A stretch of 32,000 nt of DNA, taken from assembly GCF_000284115.1 (NCBI RefSeq), contig NC_017080.1:3510001-3542000 (forward strand), written 5' to 3'. Positions 24,372 to 31,748 of this stretch are shown here, one piece after another. Source of the stretch: Phycisphaera mikurensis NBRC 102666. GTDB lineage: Bacteria > Planctomycetota > Phycisphaerae > Phycisphaerales > Phycisphaeraceae. Position numbers and translations under genes: made by a program. The notes beneath the pieces were generated by a model. The model ran no database searches and was not told the origin of the DNA. It saw only the letters and a program-made list of their open reading frames with translations. How positions within the stretch are numbered: the first letter of the stretch is position 1; each line of letters opens with the position of its first letter.

Positions 24372-24840
24372 GCTCATCCACCCCGTGGATGTCGCGGCGG
24401 ATGCGAGCGGCGGAGGTTGTCGGCCCGGCACGGGGCGCATGGTGCACGGGCTGTTGCTGCTCCGTGCAGCTTCTACATCGACGGAGTCGATGAGCCACCC
24501 GTGGAGGGGCGGACCGAAGCGGCGGAGGTTGTCGGCCCGGTGCGGGGCGCATGGCGCACGGGCTGTTTCTGGCCCGTTCAGCTTCTACATCGACGGAGTC
24601 GATGAGCCACCCGTGGAGGGGCGGACCGAAGCGGCGGAGGTTGTCGGCCCGGTGCGGGGCGCATGGCGCACGGGCTGTTTCTGGCCCGTTCAGCTTCTAC
24701 ATCGACGGAGTCGATGAGCCACCCGTGGAGGGGCGGACCGAAGCGGCGGAGGTTGTCGGCCCGGTGCGGGGCGCATGGCGCATGGGCTGGTTCTGCTCCG
24801 TGCAGCTTCTACATCGACGGAGTCGATGAGCCACCCGTGG
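24372..24840. repeat. Tandem array of a 112-bp unit, about 4.1 copies
   Basis: Units lie at about 24372..24491 (diverged), 24492..24603, 24604..24715 (identical to the previous unit), 24716..24827 (5 substitutions) and a partial unit at 24828..24840. Because 112 is not a multiple of 3, each copy is in a different frame. Confidence 0.95.
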
Positions 24841-24861
24841 GCGCCGCGGGCCGCCGCCGCC

Positions 24862-26340
24862 TCACCGCATCGCCGTCGCCGCTCTCTCGTCGACGCCGTC
24901 GCGGCCGATCAGGATCCGCTCGACCCCCGCGATCCGCGCGTAGTCGTCGAGCATCTCCGGCGTCACGGCCAGGCTGAAAGCCGTGTGGTGCGCTCCGCCG
25001 GCGAGGATCCAGGCGCGGGCGGCGGCGGGCAGGTCGGGGTGCGGGGTCCAGAGCGCCCGCGCGACCGGCAGCCTCGGCAGAGGCTCGGCCGGCGGCTCGC
25101 AGGTGACGGTGTTGACGACGAGGCGGAAGCGGTCGCCCATGTCCACCATCGATGCGTTCGTGGCCTCGCCGGCGGCGGCATCGAAGACCAGCCGCACCGG
25201 GTCGTCCTTGCCGCCGATGCCCAGCGGGTGCGCCTCGCAGCGGGGCCGGCCGGCGGCGATGGACGGGCAGATCTCGAGCATGTGGGCGCCGAGCACCTTG
25301 CCGCCGCCCGCCCCGCTGAAGTCGTAGGTGTAGTCCTCCATGAAGGACGTGCCGCCGGGGAGCCCGTGCCCCATCACCTTCACGGCGCGGACCAGCGCGG
25401 CGTGCTTCCAGTCGCCCTCGGCGCCGAAGCCGTAGCCGTCGGCCATCAGCCGCTGCGACGCGATCCCGGGCAGCTGCCGGAGGCCGTGCAGGTTCTCGAA
25501 GGTGTTGGTGTAGCCGCGGAAGCCACCGTCCTCGAGGAAGCCGCGGATCCCGATCTCGATCGCCGCGGCGTCGCGCAGGCTCTGCGCCCGCTCGCCGCCG
25601 GGACGCAGCGCAGCGTCCACGTCGTACGCGTCGAGGTAAGCCGCGACGAGGCCGTCGACGGCGGCGTCGCCCGCCGCGTCCACCCGCTCGGCCAGCTCGC
25701 CGAGCCCGTAACCATGCACGGCGTAGCCCAGCTTCAGCTGGGCCTCGACCTTGTCGCCCTCGGTCACGGAGACCTCGCGCATGTTGTCGCCGAAGCGGGC
25801 GAACCTCGCCCCCTGCTGGTCGGCCCAGGCCGAGGCGGCCCGGCACCAGGCGCCCACCGAAGCCCGCACCCGGTCGTCCTGCCACGGCCCCACCACCACC
25901 TTCCGCCGCAGCCCGATCCGCGTGCACAGGTGGCCGAACTCCCGCCCGCCGTGCGCCGACTGGTGCAGGTTCATGAAGTCCATGTCGATCGTCGGCCAGG
26001 GCAGGGCCCGGTGGTGCTGCGTGTGCAGGTGCAGCAGCGGCTTGCGGAGCCGGCTCAGCCCGGCGATCCACATCTTCGCCGGGCTGAAGGTGTGCATCCA
26101 CGCGATCAGGCCGATGCAGGCCGCGTCGGCGTCGGCCGCGGCCAGCGTCGCGGTCACCTCCTCGGCGGTGGTCAGCGTCGGCTTGTGCACGACGCGGATC
26201 GGCACCGACTCGGCGGCATCCAGGCCGGCCGCGACCTCGCGGGCGTCGGCCGCCACCTCCGCCAGCGTCTCCTCCCCGTAGAGGTGCTGGCTGCCGGTGA
26301 GGAACCAGATCTCGGAAGCCGTGGTGTCAATCGTGCTCAT
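24862..26340 (-). CDS. araA: L-arabinose isomerase
   Basis: 492 aa. The N-terminal [29 protein letters not shown], and later FGAEGDWK and FMEDYTY blocks are typical AraA. Confidence 0.9.
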   Translation of the reverse strand: MSTIDTTASEIWFLTGSQHLYGEETLAEVAADAREVAAGLDAAESVPIRVVHKPTLTTAEEVTATLAAADADAACIGLIAWMHTFSPAKMWIAGLSRLRKPLLHLHTQHHRALPWPTIDMDFMNLHQSAHGGREFGHLCTRIGLRRKVVVGPWQDDRVRASVGAWCRAASAWADQQGARFARFGDNMREVSVTEGDKVEAQLKLGYAVHGYGLGELAERVDAAGDAAVDGLVAAYLDAYDVDAALRPGGERAQSLRDAAAIEIGIRGFLEDGGFRGYTNTFENLHGLRQLPGIASQRLMADGYGFGAEGDWKHAALVRAVKVMGHGLPGGTSFMEDYTYDFSGAGGGKVLGAHMLEICPSIAAGRPRCEAHPLGIGGKDDPVRLVFDAAAGEATNASMVDMGDRFRLVVNTVTCEPPAEPLPRLPVARALWTPHPDLPAAARAWILAGGAHHTAFSLAVTPEMLDDYARIAGVERILIGRDGVDERAATAMR

Positions 26341-26350
26341 GCGGATGTGC

Positions 26351-27073
26351 TCAGGAGGGGGAGGGGGAAGCGGGCTGCCCGTAGTACGCGCCGGCCCCGT
26401 GCTTGCGGTCGTGGTGCTTGTCGAGCACGTGGCGTTCCAGCGGCGGGGCGTCCGGCCGCAGCCGCAGCGTGGCGAGCGCGACCGCCGCGACCGCCTCCAG
26501 CGCGACGGCGTTCTCGACGGACGCCGCCGGCGTGGCGCCCCAGGTGAAGGGCGCGTGGCCGGCGAGCAGCACGGCCGGCGTCGCGACCGGGTCGAGGTCC
26601 GCGAACCGCTCCACGATCGCCTCGCCGGTCGCCGCCTCGTACCCGTCGTCGACCTCGTCGGCGGTCAGCGGCCGGGCGAGCGGAACCGGCCCGTGGAAGT
26701 GGTCGGCGTGGGTCGTGCCCAGGCACGGGACCGGCGTGCGGGCCTGCGCGAAGGCGGTGGCCGAAGCGGAGTGCGTGTGGGTGATGCCGGCGATCCGGCC
26801 GGGGCAGCGCCCGGCGAAGAAGCGGTACAGCCGGGCGTGGGTGGGCGTGTCGGAGGACGGCCGCAGGTCGCCCTCGACCACCCCGCCGTCGAGGTCGACG
26901 ACCACCATCGACGCCGGCGTGAGCTTGCCGTAGGGCACGCCGCTGGGCTTGATCACCAGGAGGCTCGCGTCCGCGTCGAAGCCGCTCACGTTCCCCCACG
27001 TCAGCGTGACCAGCCCCCCCGCCGGGAGCTCGCGGTTGGCCTCGCAGACGGCTTCTCTCAGGTCTTGGAGCAT
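26351..27073 (-). CDS. araD: L-ribulose-5-phosphate 4-epimerase (class II aldolase fold)
   Basis: Start at MLQDLREAV (ATG 27073). GNVSG, VIKPSGV, SSDTPTH and HTHS motifs are present. It lies 10 bp upstream of araA on the same strand. Confidence 0.85.
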   Translation of the reverse strand: MLQDLREAVCEANRELPAGGLVTLTWGNVSGFDADASLLVIKPSGVPYGKLTPASMVVVDLDGGVVEGDLRPSSDTPTHARLYRFFAGRCPGRIAGITHTHSASATAFAQARTPVPCLGTTHADHFHGPVPLARPLTADEVDDGYEAATGEAIVERFADLDPVATPAVLLAGHAPFTWGATPAASVENAVALEAVAAVALATLRLRPDAPPLERHVLDKHHDRKHGAGAYYGQPASPSPS

Positions 27074-27197
27074 CGGAATCAGGCGGGTGAGCGTGCCGGA
27101 ACCCCGAAGATAAAGGCGGACGGTTTGGACCACGCGAGCGTCGGCGGAGCCACCCCGAGCGAGCTTGGGGCACCCCGGACCGGCGGCAAAGGAAAGA

Positions 27198-27219
27198 GGC
27201 CCGCCGTTGCCGGCGGGCC
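27198..27219 (-). terminator. Intrinsic terminator-like hairpin downstream of tRNA-Asn
   Basis: GGCCCGCCG-TTGC-CGGCGGGCC (9-bp stem, 4-nt loop) is followed on the minus strand by TCTTTCCTTT. Confidence 0.6.
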
Positions 27220-27230
27220 TCGTCCTCATG

Positions 27231-27303
27231 CTCCCCGAGCTGGGCTCGAACCAGCGACCTAGCGATTAACAGTCGCGCGCTCTACCAACTGAGCTATCGG
27301 GGA
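27231..27303 (-). tRNA. tRNA-Asn (anticodon GTT)
   Basis: The minus strand reads TCCCCGATAGCTCAGTTGGTAGAGCGCGCGACTGTTAATCGCTAGGTCGCTGGTTCGAGCCCAGCTCGGGGAG. It has a 7-bp acceptor stem, D arm GCTC/GAGC, anticodon loop CTGTTAA and T loop TTCGAGC. CCA is not encoded. Confidence 0.95.
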
Positions 27304-27350
27304 AAGGCTTTGGCCGGAGAGTTTAGGGAGCCGAAGCCCCGCCCGCAAAT

Positions 27351-27396
27351 CCGCGGACGGCGGACCCGGAAGCGGCCCGGGGGCCGCGGTCCGCGG
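27351..27396. repeat. 46-bp inverted-repeat element, copy 8 (left arm CCGCGGACGG, one mismatch)
   Basis: Arms at 27351..27360 and 27387..27396. It ends 4 bp from the GH30 stop and lies 48 bp upstream of the tRNA-Asn 5' end. Confidence 0.8.
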
Positions 27397-27399
27397 CGC

Positions 27400-29094
27400 T
27401 CAGGCTCGGCGTCGACGGCGGAGGAGCAGAGCCCCGCCGGCAAAGACGGCGACGCCGGTGCCCGGCTCGGGCACGGCGTTCAGGCTGCCCAGCGTCGTCA
27501 CCACGCTCCAGATGCTCTCGCCCTGCAGGTTCAGCCAGCCGCCCGCGTCGGCGTGCCCGGCCTGGTGGTACGCGCCGTCGGCCGACCAGGAAGCCTCCAG
27601 CAGCTCGCCGCCCGCGGCGAGGGAGGCGAGGCGGACCGCCTGCGTCACCTTCGTCACGTTCAGCAGCACGTACGTGAGCGTGCCGGCCGCCTCGTCGAGG
27701 TACGCCGAGATCTTCACGGCCGAGGTGTCCACCTGCCCGTCCTCGAGCACGTCGGCCGCCACGCGACGCATGCCGGGGCGGACGTGCTTCGCGAAGTGCT
27801 TGAAGGCGGCGTACTTGGGCTGGTTCTCGTCGAGACCCGACGTCAGCGTGAAGTTGTTGAGGCGTCCGGCCCAGTCCTCGTGCTGCCAGTAGAGGTAGCC
27901 CACCGCGTCCACGCCGACCATCGCCTCGTGCACCTCCAACGCGAGGCCCATCGCCCCGTTGTAGGTGTCGCCGGGATCCGTCCAGCGGTGCCGGTGGCCC
28001 GAGTGCTCGGTGACCCAGAACTCCACGCCCTCGCCGACGCCCTCGTAGTTGACGTAGCCGTCGTCGCGCACCCGGCCGTTGCGGAAGGTCTTCCAGCTCT
28101 CGATGCGGTCGTCGGAATCGGCGAAGCGGCCGCCGCCGTTGTAGCCGTGCATGCCGTACACGTCCACGGCGGTCTCGGGGTCGCCGTCGTGGCGGACCTC
28201 CTTGATGTAGCTGAAGCTGACGTTCGCGAGGTTCGAGCCCTTGCCGCCGAGCCCCAGGTCGTCGGGGCCGAGCACGCGGGTGAGGATCGGGTCGTCGGGG
28301 TTCGCCGCGTTGTGCTCGGCGAAGGCGGCGTTGACCGCGCCCACGGCCTCGGCGAAGAGCTCGGGCGTGTAGACGCTGCTGTCGTACCAGGTGCTGAAAC
28401 GCGGCTCGTTCTGCACGGAGAGCACGTCGAAGGGCCGGTCCCAGGCTTTCTCGAAGCCCTTCGCGTACGCCGCCACGTAGCGGCCGAACTGCTGCAGGTT
28501 GTCGGGCGTGTCGACCAGCGAACCCGCCGCCGAGGCGTTCCAGAAGGTGTCCCGCGGCAGCTGGCCGGCGAAGTCCTTGTAGCCCAGGTCCACCTCGGGG
28601 CCCTTCATCCAGACCGGCGGGCTCCAGATCGCGCCCATCAGCGTCATGGGGTCGCCACGCCGCGCGGCCTTCCGCACGAAGTGGCCGACGTTGCCCACCC
28701 CCTTCACCGTGAAGTCGAAGGCCTCGATGTTCGCGTAGGTGTCGCTCCCGAGGCGGATCGGCTCGCGCAGGTCCGCGTGCTGCGGCCAGTACTTCCCGCC
28801 CTTGCTCAGGACGGTCCGCGAGACCCCCGTCCTCACCACCGACGCGCCGAGGTCGCCGACGTAGTGGTCGTAGAAGTCCTCGTTGTGCATCACCGACTCG
28901 CCGCGGTCACGCCCCTCGATTCTGTTGGCGTCGTTGCCCCCGCCCATCGAGACGCCGAACCCGCGGATGGTCTGGGCCTGCCGGCGGAGGTCGATCCGCG
29001 TCTCGGCGGCGAGCGCGTCGGGCGCGGACGCGGCGACGATCAGGCCCCCGGCGAGCAGGCGTGGGCAACCAAGCAGCGTTCTGAGCAGCGTCAT
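27400..29094 (-). CDS. Glycoside hydrolase family 30-like enzyme with signal peptide and C-terminal PEP-CTERM sorting motif
   Basis: IRGFGVS, LSVQNEP (acid/base) and FWVTEHSG (nucleophile) are present. The C-terminus is VPEPGTGVAVFAGGALLLRRRRRA, that is PEP, then a hydrophobic helix, then an Arg cluster. Confidence 0.8.
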   Translation of the reverse strand: MTLLRTLLGCPRLLAGGLIVAASAPDALAAETRIDLRRQAQTIRGFGVSMGGGNDANRIEGRDRGESVMHNEDFYDHYVGDLGASVVRTGVSRTVLSKGGKYWPQHADLREPIRLGSDTYANIEAFDFTVKGVGNVGHFVRKAARRGDPMTLMGAIWSPPVWMKGPEVDLGYKDFAGQLPRDTFWNASAAGSLVDTPDNLQQFGRYVAAYAKGFEKAWDRPFDVLSVQNEPRFSTWYDSSVYTPELFAEAVGAVNAAFAEHNAANPDDPILTRVLGPDDLGLGGKGSNLANVSFSYIKEVRHDGDPETAVDVYGMHGYNGGGRFADSDDRIESWKTFRNGRVRDDGYVNYEGVGEGVEFWVTEHSGHRHRWTDPGDTYNGAMGLALEVHEAMVGVDAVGYLYWQHEDWAGRLNNFTLTSGLDENQPKYAAFKHFAKHVRPGMRRVAADVLEDGQVDTSAVKISAYLDEAAGTLTYVLLNVTKVTQAVRLASLAAGGELLEASWSADGAYHQAGHADAGGWLNLQGESIWSVVTTLGSLNAVPEPGTGVAVFAGGALLLRRRRRA

Positions 29095-29249
29095 GTCGTT
29101 CGTCCCGTGCGTTCCGCCGGCTCGGAGCCGCGGAGAAAAGGTGGCGGCTCCGCCGCGGTGGTGTACGGGCTCAGCCTAAGCCGGGCCGGGCCCCGCGTAT
29201 ACCCCCTTCTCGGTGCGGCGTGGGCGGCGGCGCATACGCTCCGGCCGCC

Positions 29250-30641
29250 ATGGAAGGCGACCGCCGACACCTCAACAAGCTGCTGTCCAAGGCCCACTGC
29301 CTGCCGACCACCCCGGGCGTCTACCTGATGAAGGACGACAAGGGCGTCGTCATCTACGTCGGGAAGGCGTTGTCGCTGAAGTCGCGTGTGAGCAGCTACT
29401 TCCAGCTGGCCGCCGACCTGGGCCCCAAGAAGCAGCAGATGCTCGGGGTCGTGGACGACTTCGAGGTGCTCCACTGCGAGAGCGAGTGGGAAGCCCTGCT
29501 CACCGAGAACCGGCTGATCAAGGACATCCACCCGCGCTTCAACGCGCGGCTGACCGACGACAAGACCTTCCCGTACCTCGCGGTCACGATGAAGGACGAC
29601 TTCCCCGGCGTCTTCATCACCCGCGAACCCGGCAACGAGCGATTCCGCGGCGCGAGAATCCTCGGGCCCTTCACCAGCAGCTACGCGCTGCGGGAGAGCG
29701 TCCAGATCCTGCAGAAGGTGTTCAGGTTCCGCACCTGCTCGCTGGACATCCGCGAGGAGGACCCCAAGCGGGCCCACTTCCGGCCGTGCCTGCTGTACCC
29801 GATCAAGCAGTGCACGGCACCGTGCGGGGCGAAGGTCTCCAAAGAGGCCTACCGGCGCGACGTCGATCGCTTCGTCCGCTTCCTCACCGGCAAGCGGTCG
29901 GCGATGATGCGCGAGCTCAAGCAGGACATGGAGACGGCGTCGCTCGCGCTGGACTTCGAGGAGGCCGCCGCGCTGCGCGACCAGATCAAGGCGCTCGAGA
30001 AGCTCGACCACCGTGGCGACAAGAAGGACAACTGGCAGCCCGAGGCCGAGAGCCTCATGCAGGACCCGACCCGGGCGATGGGATCGCTGCAGCGGGCGCT
30101 GGGGCTCGATGCCGCGACCGACGGCGCACTCCGCTGCATGGAGGCCTTCGACATCGCCCACCTGATGGGCGGCGAAACCGTCGCGAGCAAGGTCTGCTTC
30201 GTCGACGGCCGCCCGCTGAAGGACATGTACCGCCGGTACAAGATCACCACCGCCGCCAACGACGACTTCCAATCGATGCGCGAGGTGCTCACCCGCCGCT
30301 ACCGCGACGCCGGGAAGGGCGACGAGCTGTACCCCGACGTCATCCTGATCGACGGCGGCAAGGGCCAGCTGTCCGCGGCGATGGGCATCTTCCGCGAGCT
30401 GGAGGTGCAGCCCCCGCGGGTCATCTCGCTCGCGAAGAAAGAGGAGCTGATCTACGCCACGTGGCTGGACGAGCCGGTGAAGCTCGGCCGCAACAACCCG
30501 GGGCTGAAGCTGTGCATGGCGATCCGCGACGAGGCGCACCGCTTTGCGCAGCACTACCACCACATCCTGCGGCGGAAGAAGGTGCTGGGGATCGAGGGAA
30601 CCGTGGCGAAGGCCAAGAAGATCAAGACGAGAGCGAGCTGA
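29250..30641 (+). CDS. uvrC: Excinuclease ABC subunit C, short form lacking the C-terminal (HhH)2 domain
   Basis: GIY-YIG domain (PGVYLMKD..GVVIYVGKA..L..RV.SYF), UVR motif (FEEAAALRDQIKALEKL) and an RNase H-like endonuclease region (EAFDIAH..G). The ORF ends at about 464 aa. The start is ATG 29250 or GTG 29220. Confidence 0.85.
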   Translation: MEGDRRHLNKLLSKAHCLPTTPGVYLMKDDKGVVIYVGKALSLKSRVSSYFQLAADLGPKKQQMLGVVDDFEVLHCESEWEALLTENRLIKDIHPRFNARLTDDKTFPYLAVTMKDDFPGVFITREPGNERFRGARILGPFTSSYALRESVQILQKVFRFRTCSLDIREEDPKRAHFRPCLLYPIKQCTAPCGAKVSKEAYRRDVDRFVRFLTGKRSAMMRELKQDMETASLALDFEEAAALRDQIKALEKLDHRGDKKDNWQPEAESLMQDPTRAMGSLQRALGLDAATDGALRCMEAFDIAHLMGGETVASKVCFVDGRPLKDMYRRYKITTAANDDFQSMREVLTRRYRDAGKGDELYPDVILIDGGKGQLSAAMGIFRELEVQPPRVISLAKKEELIYATWLDEPVKLGRNNPGLKLCMAIRDEAHRFAQHYHHILRRKKVLGIEGTVAKAKKIKTRAS

Positions 30642-30698
30642 GGGCGCCGGCGCCCGACCCCGCGACGGCCCGCCGCCGCGCGGGCCTAGCTTCGCGCC

Positions 30699-31703
30699 AT
30701 GGACGTCGCCATCTTCAGCACCCGGCGCTGGGACCGGGAAGCCCTCACCGCGGCCGCCGCGCGTCCCGAAAACGCGGAGCTGTCGCTCCGCTTCCTCGAG
30801 GCCGGCCTCTCCCCCGGCACCGCCTCGCTGGCCCGGGGCTGCGGCGCCGCGTGCGTCTTCGTGAACGACGACGCGGGGGCCGCGACGCTCGAGGAGCTCG
30901 CCGGACTCGGCGTCGGCGCCGTGGTCACCCGCAGCGCGGGCTTCAACCACGTCGACCTCGACGCCGCCGGCCGCTTGGGCATCGACGTGCTCCGGGTGCC
31001 GGCGTACGGGCCCGATGGCGTGGCCGAGCACGCGCTCGCCCTGCTGATGACGCTCAACCGCCGCACGCACCGCGCCTTCAACCGCGTGCGCGAGGGCAAC
31101 TTCGCCCTCGACGGGCTCATGGGCTTCGAGCTCCGCGGGAAGACCGTCGGCGTCGTGGGGACGGGGAAGATCGGCGCCGCCGCCTGCCGCATCTTCCTGG
31201 GCTTGGGCTGCGAGGTCCTCGCCTTCGACACCGCGCCCGCGGAGGACCTGCAAAACGCCGGCGTCGCGTTCGTCCCGCTCGACGAGCTCTGGCCGCGCTG
31301 CGACGTCGTGACGCTTCACTGCCCGCTCACGCCCGAAACCCACCACCTCGTAAGCGACCGGGTGCTCGCCGCCCTGCCGGACCACGCGATCGTGCTCAAC
31401 ACGTCGCGCGGCGGGCTCGTCGACACCGCCGCCGCGCTCGCCGCGCTGCGGGCACGCGCGATCGGCGGCCTCGGCATCGACGTGTACGAGGAGGAGGCCG
31501 GGCTCTTCTTCGAGGACCGCACCCAGCAGGGTCTGACCGACGAGCTGCTCGCGCAGCTGGTGGCGCTGCCCAACGTGCTGGTGACAGGGCACCAGGCTTT
31601 CTTCACGCGCGAGGCCGTCGGGCGGATCGCCGGCACGACGATGCAGAACCTCCGGTCGGTGGAGGAGGGCTCGGCCGGCGCGTGCCCCAACCGCGTCGGC
31701 TGA
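30699..31703 (+). CDS. ldhA: D-lactate dehydrogenase (D-isomer-specific 2-hydroxyacid dehydrogenase)
   Basis: Similar along its length to my recollection of E. coli LdhA (VFVNDD, RSAGFNHVDLDAA, VPAYGP..VAEHA..LMTLNRR, GVVGTGKIG, LHCPLTPET.HL, NTSRG.L.D, TGHQAF.T.EA). Confidence 0.9.
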   Translation: MDVAIFSTRRWDREALTAAAARPENAELSLRFLEAGLSPGTASLARGCGAACVFVNDDAGAATLEELAGLGVGAVVTRSAGFNHVDLDAAGRLGIDVLRVPAYGPDGVAEHALALLMTLNRRTHRAFNRVREGNFALDGLMGFELRGKTVGVVGTGKIGAAACRIFLGLGCEVLAFDTAPAEDLQNAGVAFVPLDELWPRCDVVTLHCPLTPETHHLVSDRVLAALPDHAIVLNTSRGGLVDTAAALAALRARAIGGLGIDVYEEEAGLFFEDRTQQGLTDELLAQLVALPNVLVTGHQAFFTREAVGRIAGTTMQNLRSVEEGSAGACPNRVG

Positions 31704-31748
31704 TCCGCTCCGCGCCCTCACGCACGCGCCGGCCGCGCGGCCGAAGCC

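Noticed and set aside
24372-24840. CRISPR array interpretation of the 112-bp periodic repeat
   Set aside because: The whole 112 bp is repeated, and copies 2 and 3 are identical throughout. There are no unique spacers between short repeats, and no cas genes are in the window.
24369-24977. ORFs 24369..24605, 24551..24829 and 24663..24977 as a repeat-containing protein
   Set aside because: The unit length of 112 is not divisible by 3. The same DNA is therefore read in three different frames in successive copies, and one frame hits TGA in every unit. These ORFs are by-products of the repeat.
24862-27073. araD-araA as an incomplete or relocated arabinose operon worth flagging
   Set aside because: araB is absent from the window, but it may simply be encoded elsewhere. 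There is nothing in the sequence to suggest anything unusual.
1544-27396. The 46-bp elements as MITEs, IS remnants or REP/BIME copies
   Set aside because: The interiors share no consensus. There are no target-site duplications at the flanks, no transposase or RAYT gene is in the window, and two copies are in-frame parts of conserved genes. Only the arms and the length are conserved.
30642-30686. GC-rich palindromes after uvrC (GGGCGCCGGCGCCC at 30642-30655; GGCCCGC-N6-GCGGGCC at 30667-30686), a similar one at 22892-22915, and GCCGGCG-GGC-CGCCGGC at 8107-8123 after thiC, as annotated terminators
   Set aside because: They are plausible termination hairpins, but none has a U-tract, and such palindromes are frequent in this composition. 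I did not list them as features.
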